Assembly: GCA_963843975.1 (NCBI GenBank)
Contig: CAWJMG010000001.1
Span: forward strand, 930,001 to 962,000
Length of the DNA stretch: 32,000 bases
DNA from: an uncultured Actinomycetes bacterium
Lineage (GTDB): Bacteria > Actinomycetota > Actinomycetes > S36-B12 > CAIYMF01
Direction of reading: 5' to 3'
Part shown: positions 15,369-25,109 of the stretch, piece by piece
How positions within the stretch are numbered: position 1 is the stretch's first letter
Layout: the number at the start of each line of letters is the position of its first letter
Made by a program: the position numbers and the translations under genes
Notes under the pieces: model-generated
The model's input: the letters and a program-made list of their open reading frames with translations, nothing else
Told to the model about the DNA's origin: nothing
Database searches by the model: none

Positions 15369-18072
15369 CGGTCCCTCCCGGACCTTGCAGCCGGTACGCC
15401 GGCCGACGCGTCGACGAGGCCGAGCGCCGGCGCGAGCTGGGCACGCCCCGCGACGCCGAGCTTGGCGTAGACGTTGGCGAGGTGGTTGTCGATGGTGCGC
15501 ACGGACAGGACGAGGTCGGAAGCGACCTCCTTGCTGCTGCGGCCGCGGGCCACGAGCGTGGCGATCTCGCGCTCGCGCGGCGTGAGGAGGGCGGCGCCGG
15601 CCGTCGACCCGAGGCCCTCCACCTGGATGCCGGGTGACAGGTCGGCCCAGGCACGGGCCTTGGTCTCCGCGGCGGCCGCGGCCCGGGGGTCGCCGTCGGC
15701 GCGGAGCACCTGCGAGGCGCGCGCGGCCATCGTGGCGGCGGAGTGCACGAAGCCGCAGTCGGCGAAACCCTCGGCCGCCGCGACGAGGTCGGCGGGCGAC
15801 CCGGAGAGCAAAGCCGTCGCGCGCAGCGCCCGCGCGCGGCCGACAGGCGTGTCGACACGGTCGATGATCGCCAGCAGCGCCTCGGCAGCCTCGGTGTCGC
15901 CGAACATCGCAGCCTCGTCGAGCATGACGGCCGCCTCGCGCAGCTCGCCCCGCTCCGCGAGCTCGACGCCCTTCTCCCGCAGCAGCGTCGCCGCGCGGCG
16001 GGTGTCGCCGTCGGCCGAGGCGAGCCAGGCGGCGGCCATCGTGGTGGCGGGGGCGAACGCGGGCGCAGGCTCGGGCAGCGACTCGGCCCGCTCGAACCAG
16101 GTACGGGCGGCGGCCGCATCCCCCGTCAGCGCGCTGCACTCGGTCAGCCCGAGGGCCGCGAGGCGCTCGACGGTGCCGAATCCGCCGCGGCCCGCGGTGG
16201 CCGCGATCTCGCGGAACGCTGCCTGCGCGTCCTCGGCGTACCCCATGAGCAGGTCGATCATGGCGACGGCCCAGGCGAGCCAGGCCGCCTGGAACGGCAC
16301 GGCCTGGTCCAGGGCGATGTCGCGACCCTTGGCCGCCAGGGCGCGAGCCTCCTCCGGACGACCGAGCCTCGAGGTGGGCCAGGGCAGCGACCATGAGGTC
16401 GCCCGCCGGGTGCAGCAGGCCGGGCGGCGCGTCCTCGCGGATGCCCGCCTCCCACGCGGCGAGCGCGGTCTCGGCCGCCGCCTCGGCATCACCCGTGCGG
16501 TAGTGCGCCCACGCGTGCGCGCGGGCGTGCACCGCACGCATCGAGGGGTCGGACGGCGGCTCCTCGGGCAGCACGTCGAGCGCGTCCCGGCTGTGGCCGC
16601 CCTGGGTGAGCAGCAGCGCGCGCATCGAGTCGAGCACCGCCACGCGCTCTCTGGCCTCGGCCGCGGGAAGCCCCGCGGCGGCGACCGCGTCGGCGGCGGA
16701 GGCGAGCAGCTCGAGCGCGGCCTCCGGTCGGCCGAGGCCGAAGAACTGCACGATCCCGTGCATGAGCGCGATGCGCACGGCAGCCTCCGGAGGCCGGGTC
16801 GCCGAGCGACTCCGCCGCGCCGGCGAGGACGGCGTCGGCCTCGTCGAAGCGACCCTGCTCGTAGAGCGCCTCGCCGAGCAGGCCACTGGCAGCCGCGTCG
16901 GGCTCGAGCAGCAGTGCCGCGCGGGCGAGTCGCTCGACCTGCAGGTAGTCGTGCGAGGTGCGGGCGAGCTCGGCGCCGGCGACGAGGAGTCGGGGATCGG
17001 CCGTGCCCGTGGCGTCGAGGCGCCAGGCGGCCACCCGCAGGACGTCGTCGCGACGACGGGCGCCGCGCTCCTCGGTGCGGGCGACCTGGTCGAGCAGCAG
17101 GCGGCGGGCCTTGAGCCGAGGCAGCGAGCCGCGCAGCACCTGCACGTGGACGGGGTGCGCGAGCGACACCTGCTGGCGGCGGCGGTCGGCCGTCACGCGG
17201 ATGACGCCGGTCGACTCGAGGTGCTCGAGCACCTCGAGCGTCGTGTGGGTCGCGAGCTCGTCGACGCCGAGCGGGGCGCACAGGGCGAGCAGCTCGACCA
17301 GGTCGCGCGCCTCGGCGTCGAGGTCTCCGACGCGCTCGGCCACGAGGCCGGCGAGGCCGCCGGTGACGTCGAGCGAGCCGTCGAGCACCCAGACGCCGCC
17401 CACGTCGGTCAGGCGGTCTGCCATCAGTGCACCGGTGACGAGCTCGCGCAGGTAGAGCGGGTTGCCGCGCGACACGTCCCAGAGCGCGTGCTCGGCGCCG
17501 GCCGACACCGGGCCGCGGAGCACGTGGTGCAGGAGCGAGGCCATCGAGGCCCGCGGCAGGTCGCCCACGTCGATCCGCAGCACGCCGCCGCGGCGCTGCT
17601 CGGTGAGCACGACGCCCGGTGTCGGCGTGCCGGTGCGCTGGGTGGCCACGACGACGGCGAGGCCGTCGCGCCAGAGGCGGGCGAGGAGGTCCGCGGACAC
17701 CACGTCGAGCTGGTCGACGTCGTCCACATGGATCACCACGCGTGCGCCGTCACCGAGCCCGCGGACGTGGTCGACGACGGAGTCGAGGACAGCGCCAGGC
17801 TCGAGGGCGTGCGACGTACCTGCCGGGAGGAGGGGCGAGAGGGCGGACAGCGGCACGGACGCCGACGCCTCGGACGCGACCACGTGGGCGACGGGGTAGC
17901 CGTCGAGCTCGGCACCCCGGAGGCACTCCTCCGCCAGGCGGGACTTGCCGGTTCCGGCGTCCCCGACCAGGTGCAGGACGCGGACGGCGTCGTCGGCCAG
18001 CGCCTCGAGCATCCGCTCGAGGTCGGCCCCTCGCCCGACCAGCGGCCACAGGAGCCCTGTGGTCGTCCCCAT
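15365..18072 (-). pseudogene. LuxR-family large ATP-binding (LAL/MalT-like) regulator, interrupted by two frameshifts
   Basis: Three colinear pieces in three frames. Piece 1, 18072 to about 16790: N-terminal NTPase VLHLVGDAGTGKSRLAEE, frame of ORF 16489..18072. Piece 2, about 16790 to 16367: TPR-like VRIALMHGIVQFFGLGRPEAALELL, frame of ORF 14964..16886. Piece 3, about 16367 to 15365: RPEEARALAAKG... and C-terminal LuxR HTH LTPREREIATLVARGRSSKEVASDLVLSVRTIDNHLANVYAKLGV. Combined length about 900 aa, typical for LAL proteins. Confidence 0.75.
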
Positions 18073-18269
18073 GCAGTCCTCCCCACGCGTTCCGGGTCAC
18101 AGTAGAGGGACCGGTCGCGGTGACGGCGGCTTACGGGGTTCGTGGCGCTCGATCTGGGTAGTGACTACTCAGGCCCCCCGGGAGCGATCCGGGGAGGCTC
18201 GGGGCACGAAGAACGGACGTGACCCGGACAGGTCGCGCCCCGCAGGCGAGGAAGCCCGAGGAGGACCCC

Positions 18270-18440
18270 ATGAGCAGCGCCACGATCCCGCCGGCCAGCG
18301 AGCCGACCGACGCGTCCCGCTCCGACGCCGTACGCCGTCAGGCCGTCGTCCGCGCCATCCGCGAGCGCCGGCGGCGCGCCGTGGTCGGCACGATCGCCGC
18401 CCGCTACAGCGACCTCGCCGCCGCCCGCAGCTGGCTCTAG
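18270..18440 (+). CDS. small hypothetical protein (56 aa)
   Basis: MSSATIPPASEPTDASRSDAVRRQAVVRAIRERRRRAVVGTIAARYSDLAAARSWL. GAGGAGGA RBS 4 nt upstream of the ATG, and GC3-rich codons. Convergent with the methyltransferase, stops 6 nt apart. No family recognised. Confidence 0.35.
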   Translation: MSSATIPPASEPTDASRSDAVRRQAVVRAIRERRRRAVVGTIAARYSDLAAARSWL

Positions 18441-18446
18441 CCCGGG

Positions 18447-19926
18447 TCAGAGGGCGAGGAAGCCCTCCTCGACCAGGCCGCGTACGGCGATGAGCGCACT
18501 GGGCAGCACATCGTCGGCGTCCAGGTCGAAGACCGCAGCCGCCCGGTCGACCGCCTCTGACACCGGCGTGAGGCCGTCGAAGCTTCCGCAGGAGGTGCGC
18601 GCCGACCGAGTCGAGCAGCACGTCCGGCCGCCAGCCGTCGACCAGTGCGATCCGCGGGGGGGTCGCGCCGAGCCCGCCGTCCGAGCCGGCGACGTCCGCC
18701 TCGGTGAGCCGCAGGCCCGGCACGCGCCGCGGGCGGGACTCCAGCAGCGCGAAGGCGTCCGTGCCCGCCCAGCCCGCGCGGGCGGCGACGAGAGCGGACA
18801 CCTCGGCGCCGTCCGGCAGCCGGGGCGCGTGGGCGACGTCCTCCACCCGCGGGCCCTGCGCGCCGTAGGAGCCTCCCTTGTGCAGCACGATCCAGCCGAA
18901 CCCGATGCCCTCGGCGTCCATGTCGCCCAGCGCGTCGAGCCACTCGCCGTAGCGCTGCTCGTGCTCGGCGCGGTCCTGGCCGCCGCCCGCATCGCGCAGC
19001 CACAGGCCGACGTACTCGGCCGGGTCCTGCACCTCGCGCTGCGCCACCCACGCGTCGCAGCCGGTGCCCTCGACCCAGGTGGCCACGCGCTCGCGCCAGT
19101 CCTCGCCGCGCACGTGCAGCCAGTTCGCGAGCACCACGGCGGTGCCGCCGTCGGCCAGGTGCGACGGCGCCTGCTGCACCAGCAGCCGGCCGAGGTCGTC
19201 GGCGGGCAGGCCGGCGTCGCGGTAGGTGTAGCGGTGCCCGGGCGAGATGACGAACGGCGGGTTGGAGACGACGAGGTCGAACTGCTCGCCGCCGACCGGC
19301 TCGAACAGCGACCCCTCGCGCAGGTCCCAGCGCTGGCCAGACAGGGCGGCCGAGAGCGCGGCGAGCCGCAGGGCACGGCGGTTGCGGTCGGTCGCCACGA
19401 TCTCGGTCGCGTGCCGGCCGAGGTGCAGGGCCTGGACGCCGCAGCCGGTGCCGAGGTCGAGAGCGCGGGCCACGGGCGCGCGCGGGGTGATCCGCGCGAG
19501 GGTCAGGCTCGCGCCGCCGACTCCGAGCACGTGGTCGACGGCCACCTCGGGCACGTCGTGGCCGCTGGAGTCCGGCCCGTGGTCGCTGACGACGTACCAG
19601 TCGGTGTCGGGCTCGCCGTACGGCCGCACGTCGACCAGCGCGCGCAGCTCGGCGCCACCGCCGACGAGACCGAGCTCGACCAGGTCGTCGAGCGGCAGGT
19701 GCTCGGCCACGTCCTCGCGGCGCACGGCGTCGCCGAGGACGAACAGGTGCGCGAGCACGACGTCGGCTCCCGAGCCTCCCTCGAGCACGCGTCGCGCAGG
19801 CACGGGCTCACCTCGGCCGAGCGCGGCGTACGCGCTCGCGCCGAGGAGGGCGAGCAGGCCGTCGGCGGTGAACCCGGCATCGAGGAAGGTACGGCGAAGA
19901 CGCGCGGCGGAGTCGTGGGTGCTCAC
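18447..19926 (-). pseudogene. class I SAM-dependent methyltransferase (NPPF motif), frameshifted near 18582
   Basis: GTG 19926 follows GGGAGGA. ALDLGTGCGVQALHL (motif I) and VVSNPPFV (motif IV). After ...DSVGAHLLRK the ORF 18169..19974 frame becomes Arg-rich junk. The ORF 18447..19376 frame continues sensibly: FDGLTPVSEAVDRAAAVFDLDADDVLPSALIAVRGLVEEGFLAL*. Confidence 0.7.
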
Positions 19927-19976
19927 GCTCCGATCCTCCCGCACCGCGAGGGCCGTGGCCCGGGCACCGAGCATGC

Positions 19977-20010
19977 GAGCGGCCCCGGAGCTGGTGCTCC
20001 GGGGCCGCTC
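19977..20010 (-). terminator. perfect 14-bp GC hairpin downstream of hppA
   Basis: GAGCGGCCCCGGAG ctggtg CTCCGGGGCCGCTC, 31 nt after the hppA stop. No U-tract, which is common in actinobacteria. Confidence 0.6.
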
Positions 20011-20040
20011 GTCCGTGCAGGTCGTGCTGGTGCGGTGCGA

Positions 20041-22392
20041 TCAGCTCGCGACCGCGGCGGGCTCGTCGTGCTCGACCTCGCCGACCGCGATCGGGCGGCG
20101 CTTGGACACGATGACCGAGCCGACGACGATCAGCACCGCGACGAGCGCGATGCCCCAGCGCAGGAGCGTCGTGCCCTCGGTGAGGAAGAGCGAGACGACG
20201 GCCGGCGCCACGAGCAGGGCGACGAGGTTCATCACCTTGATCAGCGGGTTGATCGACGGGCCCGCGGTGTCCTTGAACGGGTCGCCGACGGTGTCGCCGA
20301 TGACCGTGGCCGAGTGCGCCTCGGAGCCCTTGCCGCCGTAGTGGCCGTCCTCGACGAACTTCTTGGCGTTGTCCCAGGCCCCACCGGAGTTGGACAGGAA
20401 CACCGCCATGAGGACACCGGTGGCGATGGTGCCGGCGAGGTACGAGCCGAGCGCACCGATGCCGAGGCCGAAGCCGACGGCGATCGGGGTGAGGACGGCG
20501 AGCAGGCCAGGCGTGATGAGCTCGCGGAGCGAGTCGCGCGTGACGATGTCGACGACCTTGCCGTACTCGGGCTTCTCGGTGCCCTCCATGATCCCCGGGT
20601 GCTCGCGGAACTGGCGGCGCACCTCGAAGATGACCGCGCCGGCAGCGCGGGACACCGCGTTGATGGCGAGGCCCGAGAAGAGGAACACGACCGACGCGCC
20701 GATGATGAGTCCCACGAGGTTGCTCGGGTTGCTCACGTCGAGGACGGCGCTGTACTGCGCCTGGTCGACCGGGTTCGGCACAACGACGTTGCCGGCGTTG
20801 ATGGCCGCCCTCGTCGCTGTGACCACGACGTCGCGGAACGCGCCGAACAGCGCGGTCGCGGCGAGCACGGCCGTCGCGATCGCGATGCCCTTGGTGATCG
20901 CCTTCGTCGTGTTGCCGACGGCGTCGAGCGAGGTGAGCACCTTGGCGCCCTCCTCGGTGACGTCGCCCGACATCTCGGCGATGCCCTGAGCGTTGTCCGA
21001 CACCGGGCCGAAGGTGTCCATCGAGACGATGACGCCGACGGTGGTGAGCAGGCCGCAGCCGGCGAGCGCGATCGCGAACAGCGACAGCACGATCGAGCCG
21101 CCGCCGAGCAGGAACGCGCCGTACACCGCGGCACCGATGAGCAGCGCGGAGTAGACGGCCGACTCGAGGCCGACCGAGATGCCGGCGAGGATCACCGTGG
21201 CCGGGCCGGTGAGCGAGGACGCAGCGACGTCGTCGACCGGCTTGCGGTTGGTCTCGGTGAAGTAGCCCGTGAGCACCTGGATCGCCGCGGCGAGCGCGAT
21301 GCCGATGATGACGGCGAAGATCGCGTACAGGCGCGGGTTGAACGTGTCGACCGTGACGATGCCGAGGTTGTCGACGACGACGCCCTTGAGCTCGACGATC
21401 TTCGCGGGCAGGAAGAACCACGTCGCGATGCTCACGAGCACGATCGAGATCAGGGCGGAGATGAAGAAGCCGCGGTTGATCGCCGACATGCCCGAGCGGT
21501 CGCCGGGGCGCGGGGCCACGACGAAGATGCCGATCACCGCGGTGATGACACCGATCGCCGGGACGAGCAGCGGGTAGACGAGGCCGGCGTCGCCGAAGGC
21601 CACCTTGCCGAGGATCAGCGCGGCGACGAGCGTGACGGCGTACGACTCGAAGAGGTCGGCCGCCATGCCGGCACAGTCACCGACGTTGTCGCCGACGTTG
21701 TCGGCGATCGTCGCGGCGTTGCGCGGGTCGTCCTCGGGGATGCCCTGCTCGACCTTGCCGACGAGGTCGGCGCCGACGTCGGCGGCCTTGGTGAAGATGC
21801 CGCCGCCGACACGCATGAACATGGCGAGCAGCGCCGCGCCGAAGCCGAAGCCCTCGAGCACGGTCGGAGCCTGCTCCTTGTAGATGAGGACGACGGACGC
21901 CGCACCGAGCAGGCCGAGGCCCACGGTGAACATGCCCGCGACGCCGCCGGTGCGGAACGCGATGCGCATGGCCGCGTGCTCGCCCGAGTCGTTGGCCGCG
22001 GCCGCGACGCGGACATTGCCGCGGACCGCGAGCCACATGCCCATGTAGCCGGTGACGCCGGAGAACACGGCACCGATGACGAAGAAGATCGAGCGACCGA
22101 TCCGCTCCGACGTCGTGTCGGCGGGCAGCAGGAAGAGGAGGAAGAAGACCAGGGCCGCGAACACGGCCAGGGTGCGGAACTGGCGGCTGAGGTACGCCGC
22201 AGCGCCCTCCTGCACCGCGCCCGCGATCTCCTTCATCTTGTCGGTGCCCTCGCTCGCGGCGAGGACCTGACGGACGAGAACCAGCGCGACGCCGAGGGCG
22301 AGCACCGCGACGAGCGCGACGACAGCCACCAACGTGTAGTTCCCGCCCGAGACGGTCACGCCGCCGACGGCAGCGATCAACGACCCGGTCAT
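20041..22392 (-). CDS. hppA: membrane-bound proton-translocating pyrophosphatase (K+-independent type)
   Basis: 783 aa, polytopic. GGGIFTKAADVGADLVGKVE, DNVGDNVGDCAGMAADLFESY, GDTVGDPFKDTAGPSINPLIKVM. GNTTKA carries the Lys diagnostic of K+-independent enzymes. ATG 22392 follows AAGGAG. The longer ORF to 23931 is an antisense artefact. Confidence 0.95.
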   Translation of the reverse strand: MTGSLIAAVGGVTVSGGNYTLVAVVALVAVLALGVALVLVRQVLAASEGTDKMKEIAGAVQEGAAAYLSRQFRTLAVFAALVFFLLFLLPADTTSERIGRSIFFVIGAVFSGVTGYMGMWLAVRGNVRVAAAANDSGEHAAMRIAFRTGGVAGMFTVGLGLLGAASVVLIYKEQAPTVLEGFGFGAALLAMFMRVGGGIFTKAADVGADLVGKVEQGIPEDDPRNAATIADNVGDNVGDCAGMAADLFESYAVTLVAALILGKVAFGDAGLVYPLLVPAIGVITAVIGIFVVAPRPGDRSGMSAINRGFFISALISIVLVSIATWFFLPAKIVELKGVVVDNLGIVTVDTFNPRLYAIFAVIIGIALAAAIQVLTGYFTETNRKPVDDVAASSLTGPATVILAGISVGLESAVYSALLIGAAVYGAFLLGGGSIVLSLFAIALAGCGLLTTVGVIVSMDTFGPVSDNAQGIAEMSGDVTEEGAKVLTSLDAVGNTTKAITKGIAIATAVLAATALFGAFRDVVVTATRAAINAGNVVVPNPVDQAQYSAVLDVSNPSNLVGLIIGASVVFLFSGLAINAVSRAAGAVIFEVRRQFREHPGIMEGTEKPEYGKVVDIVTRDSLRELITPGLLAVLTPIAVGFGLGIGALGSYLAGTIATGVLMAVFLSNSGGAWDNAKKFVEDGHYGGKGSEAHSATVIGDTVGDPFKDTAGPSINPLIKVMNLVALLVAPAVVSLFLTEGTTLLRWGIALVAVLIVVGSVIVSKRRPIAVGEVEHDEPAAVAS

Positions 22393-22662
22393 GCAGTCTC
22401 CTTGAACAGGGGAGGGGGTCCGCCGCCCGCCCACAGGAGCCGGGAGGGGCGTCGTCGGACCCTCGGTGCGCCGGAGTCTACGCACGCGTGTGACCTGGGC
22501 CACGGGCCCCCCGGTGCCGGATAGGTCACATCTCGCGGCCTGCGGCTGCTGCCGCCCCCACCTGGCCCGGGTGCAACCGCTGTCACGGCGGCCGCGGCCC
22601 CACCGCCGCCGCCCCGCGGCACCGGGCGGGTGGTCGTGGGCGGCGTCGGGGAGGATCGGCGC

Positions 22663-24981
22663 GTGCCCCCGCCCCCGCCCGACCCCGAGCGCCTGCTCGC
22701 GCGGCTCGCGGCGGGCCGGCCCGACCGGCTGCTGCACGTGGAGCACGTGCCTGCGCGCACCGGCACGGCCGTGGGCTGGCCGGCGTGGGTGGCGCCCGAG
22801 CTGCGTGACGCCCTTGCCCACCGCGGCGTGACCAACCCCTGGGCCCATCAGGCCGACGCCGCCGAGCACGCCCGGGCCGGACGGCACGTGGTGGTCGCGA
22901 CGGGCACGGCGTCCGGCAAGTCGCTGGCCTACCTCATGCCCGCGCTCACCGCGGTGCTCGAGGGCACGCACGCGCCCAACGGCCGCGGCGCGACCGCGCT
23001 CTACCTCTCCCCCACCAAGGCCCTCGCGCACGACCAGTGGCGCTCGATCGCCGAGTTGGGCCTCGACCGGCTGCGGGTCTCGGCGTACGACGGCGACACA
23101 CCGGACGAGGAGCGCGCGTGGATCCGGCAGCACGCCGGCTACGTGCTCACCAACCCCGACCTGCTGCACCGGTCGATGCTGCCGGGGCACGAGCGGTGGG
23201 CGTCGTTCCTGCGACAGCTGCGGTACGTCGTGGTCGACGAGTGCCACGTCTACCGCGGCGTCTTCGGCTCGCACGTGGCCAACGTGCTGCGGCGGCTGCA
23301 GCGCATCTGCGAGAGGTACGGCGCCTCGCCCACCTTCGTCCTCGCGTCGGCCACGGCCGGCGACCCCGCGGGCTCGGCGTCGCGGCTGACCGGCGTACCT
23401 GTCGTCGCGGTGGCCGACGACGCGTCGCCGCGCGGCGCCACGCAGTTCGCGCTGTGGGAGCCGCCGCTCACCGACCACGGCGGTGAGAACGACGCCCCGA
23501 CGCGGCGCACGTCCACCGCCGAGACGGCGATGCTGCTGACCGACCTCGTGGTCGAGGGCGTGCGCACGCTCGCCTTCGTCCGGTCGCGGCGCGGCGCCGA
23601 AGCCGTGGCGATGACGGCGCGCGACTCGCTCGCCGAGGTCGAGCCCGAGCTCGCGACCCGGGTGGCGGCGTACCGCGCGGGCTACCTGCCCGAGGAGCGT
23701 CGCGAGCTCGAGGCGCAGCTGCGCGACGGGCGGCTGGTCGGCGTCGCGGCCACCAATGCGCTCGAGCTCGGCGTCGACGTCACGGGCCTGGATGCCGTGC
23801 TGCTCTGCGGCTGGCCAGGCACGCGCGCGTCGCTGTGGCAGCAGGCCGGTCGCGCCGGCCGCTCCGGCGACGACGCGCTCGCGATCCTGGTCGCGCGCGA
23901 CGACCCGCTCGACACCTACCTCGTGCACCACCCGTCATCGATCTTCGGGACGCCCGTCGAGGCCACGGTGTGCGACCCGACCAACCCGTACGTGCTCGGC
24001 CCGCACCTCTGCGCCGCCGCGGCCGAGCTGCCGCTGACCGAGGACGAGCTCGACCGTTTCGGCCCCACCACGTCCGACGTGCTCGCCGCGCTGGTCGAGC
24101 GCGGGCTGCTGCGGCGGCGCCCGGGCGGCTGGTTCTGGACAAGGCCCGAGCGCGCGAGCGACCTCGCCGACCTGCGCGGCATCGGCGGCGGCATGGTGCG
24201 CGTGGTCGAGGACGGCACCGGCCGCATGCTCGGCACGGTCGACCCGGGCGCCGCGCACACCACCGTGCACACCGGCGCCGTCTACGTGCACCAGGGGGCG
24301 ACGTACCTCGTCGACCACCTCGACCTCGAGGACGCGGTCGCCGTCGCGCACCGCGAGGACGTCGACTACACGACCTCGGCGCGCGACACGACCGACATCC
24401 GCATCGTCGGCGAGATCTCGCGCTCGTCGTGGGGCGACGCCGAGCTCGTGCACGGGCACGTCGAGGTGACCAACCAGGTCGTGGCCTATCTGAAGCGCCG
24501 CTACCTCACCGGCACGGTGCTCGGCGAGGAGCCGCTCAGCCTCCCGCCGCGCCATCTGCGCACCCAGGCCGTGTGGTGGACCGTCACGGCCGAGCAGCTC
24601 GCTGCGGCCGAGCTGCAGGACGTCGACGTACCCGGTGCCGCCCATGCCGCCGAGCACGCGTCGATCGGCCTGCTGCCCCTCGTGGCCACCTGCGACCGCT
24701 GGGACATCGGCGGCGTCTCCACCGCGCTGCACGCCGACACCGGGCGGATGACGGTCTTCGTGTACGACGGCCACCCAGGCGGGGCCGGCTTCGCCGAGCG
24801 CGGCTTCACCGCCGCGCGCACCTGGCTCACTGCCACCCGCGAGGCGATCGCGTCGTGCGAGTGCCCGGACGGCTGCCCGTCGTGCGTGCAGTCGCCCAAG
24901 TGCGGCAACGGCAACGACCCCCTCGACAAGGCCGGCGCCGTCCGCCTCCTCGACGTCCTCCTCGCCGGCGCCCCCGCCTGA
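22663..24981 (+). CDS. DECH-box SF2 helicase with C-terminal DUF1998/MZB 4-Cys domain (SftH/MrfA-like)
   Basis: Motif I ATGTASGKS, motif II VVDECHVYRG, WPGTRASLWQQAGRAGR, and C-terminal CECPDGCPSCVQSPKCGNGN. GTG 22663 follows GGGGAGGA. The ORF track starts at 22630. Confidence 0.9.
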   Translation: MPPPPPDPERLLARLAAGRPDRLLHVEHVPARTGTAVGWPAWVAPELRDALAHRGVTNPWAHQADAAEHARAGRHVVVATGTASGKSLAYLMPALTAVLEGTHAPNGRGATALYLSPTKALAHDQWRSIAELGLDRLRVSAYDGDTPDEERAWIRQHAGYVLTNPDLLHRSMLPGHERWASFLRQLRYVVVDECHVYRGVFGSHVANVLRRLQRICERYGASPTFVLASATAGDPAGSASRLTGVPVVAVADDASPRGATQFALWEPPLTDHGGENDAPTRRTSTAETAMLLTDLVVEGVRTLAFVRSRRGAEAVAMTARDSLAEVEPELATRVAAYRAGYLPEERRELEAQLRDGRLVGVAATNALELGVDVTGLDAVLLCGWPGTRASLWQQAGRAGRSGDDALAILVARDDPLDTYLVHHPSSIFGTPVEATVCDPTNPYVLGPHLCAAAAELPLTEDELDRFGPTTSDVLAALVERGLLRRRPGGWFWTRPERASDLADLRGIGGGMVRVVEDGTGRMLGTVDPGAAHTTVHTGAVYVHQGATYLVDHLDLEDAVAVAHREDVDYTTSARDTTDIRIVGEISRSSWGDAELVHGHVEVTNQVVAYLKRRYLTGTVLGEEPLSLPPRHLRTQAVWWTVTAEQLAAAELQDVDVPGAAHAAEHASIGLLPLVATCDRWDIGGVSTALHADTGRMTVFVYDGHPGGAGFAERGFTAARTWLTATREAIASCECPDGCPSCVQSPKCGNGNDPLDKAGAVRLLDVLLAGAPA

Positions 24982-24985
24982 CGCT

Positions 24986-25086
24986 GGTAGTGGAAACGGA
25001 GTGCAGAGCCTCCGTTTCCACTACCGCTGACGACCTCGCCGCTCACTGGTGGTCGAAACGGGGTGCAGAGGCTCCGTTTCGACTAC
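24986..25086 (+). terminator. twin related hairpins directly after the helicase stop
   Basis: Hairpin 1 (24986-25025): GGTAGTGGAAACGGAG tgcagagc CTCCGTTTCCACTACC, all Watson-Crick. Hairpin 2 (25048-25086): GGTGGTCGAAACGGGG tgcagag CTCCGTTTCGACTACC, with one compensated pair and two G-T wobbles. Hairpin 2 ends 24 nt before the next ATG. Confidence 0.6.
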
Positions 25087-25109
25087 CGGTGGCTGGTTGG
25101 ATCGGCGGC

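Noticed and set aside
18490-22524. 1344-aa ORF on the plus strand, the longest ORF in the track
   Set aside because: It runs antisense to the well-supported methyltransferase and hppA genes. Its composition is Arg/Asp/Gly/His/Ala-dominated with no recognisable motifs. This is a typical stop-poor antisense frame of a GC-rich genome.
22393-23931. Upstream extension of the hppA ORF (track entry 20041..23931)
   Set aside because: The extension is antisense to the helicase gene and Arg/Gly-rich. ATG 22392 has an AAGGAG RBS, and the protein from there is a complete PPase.
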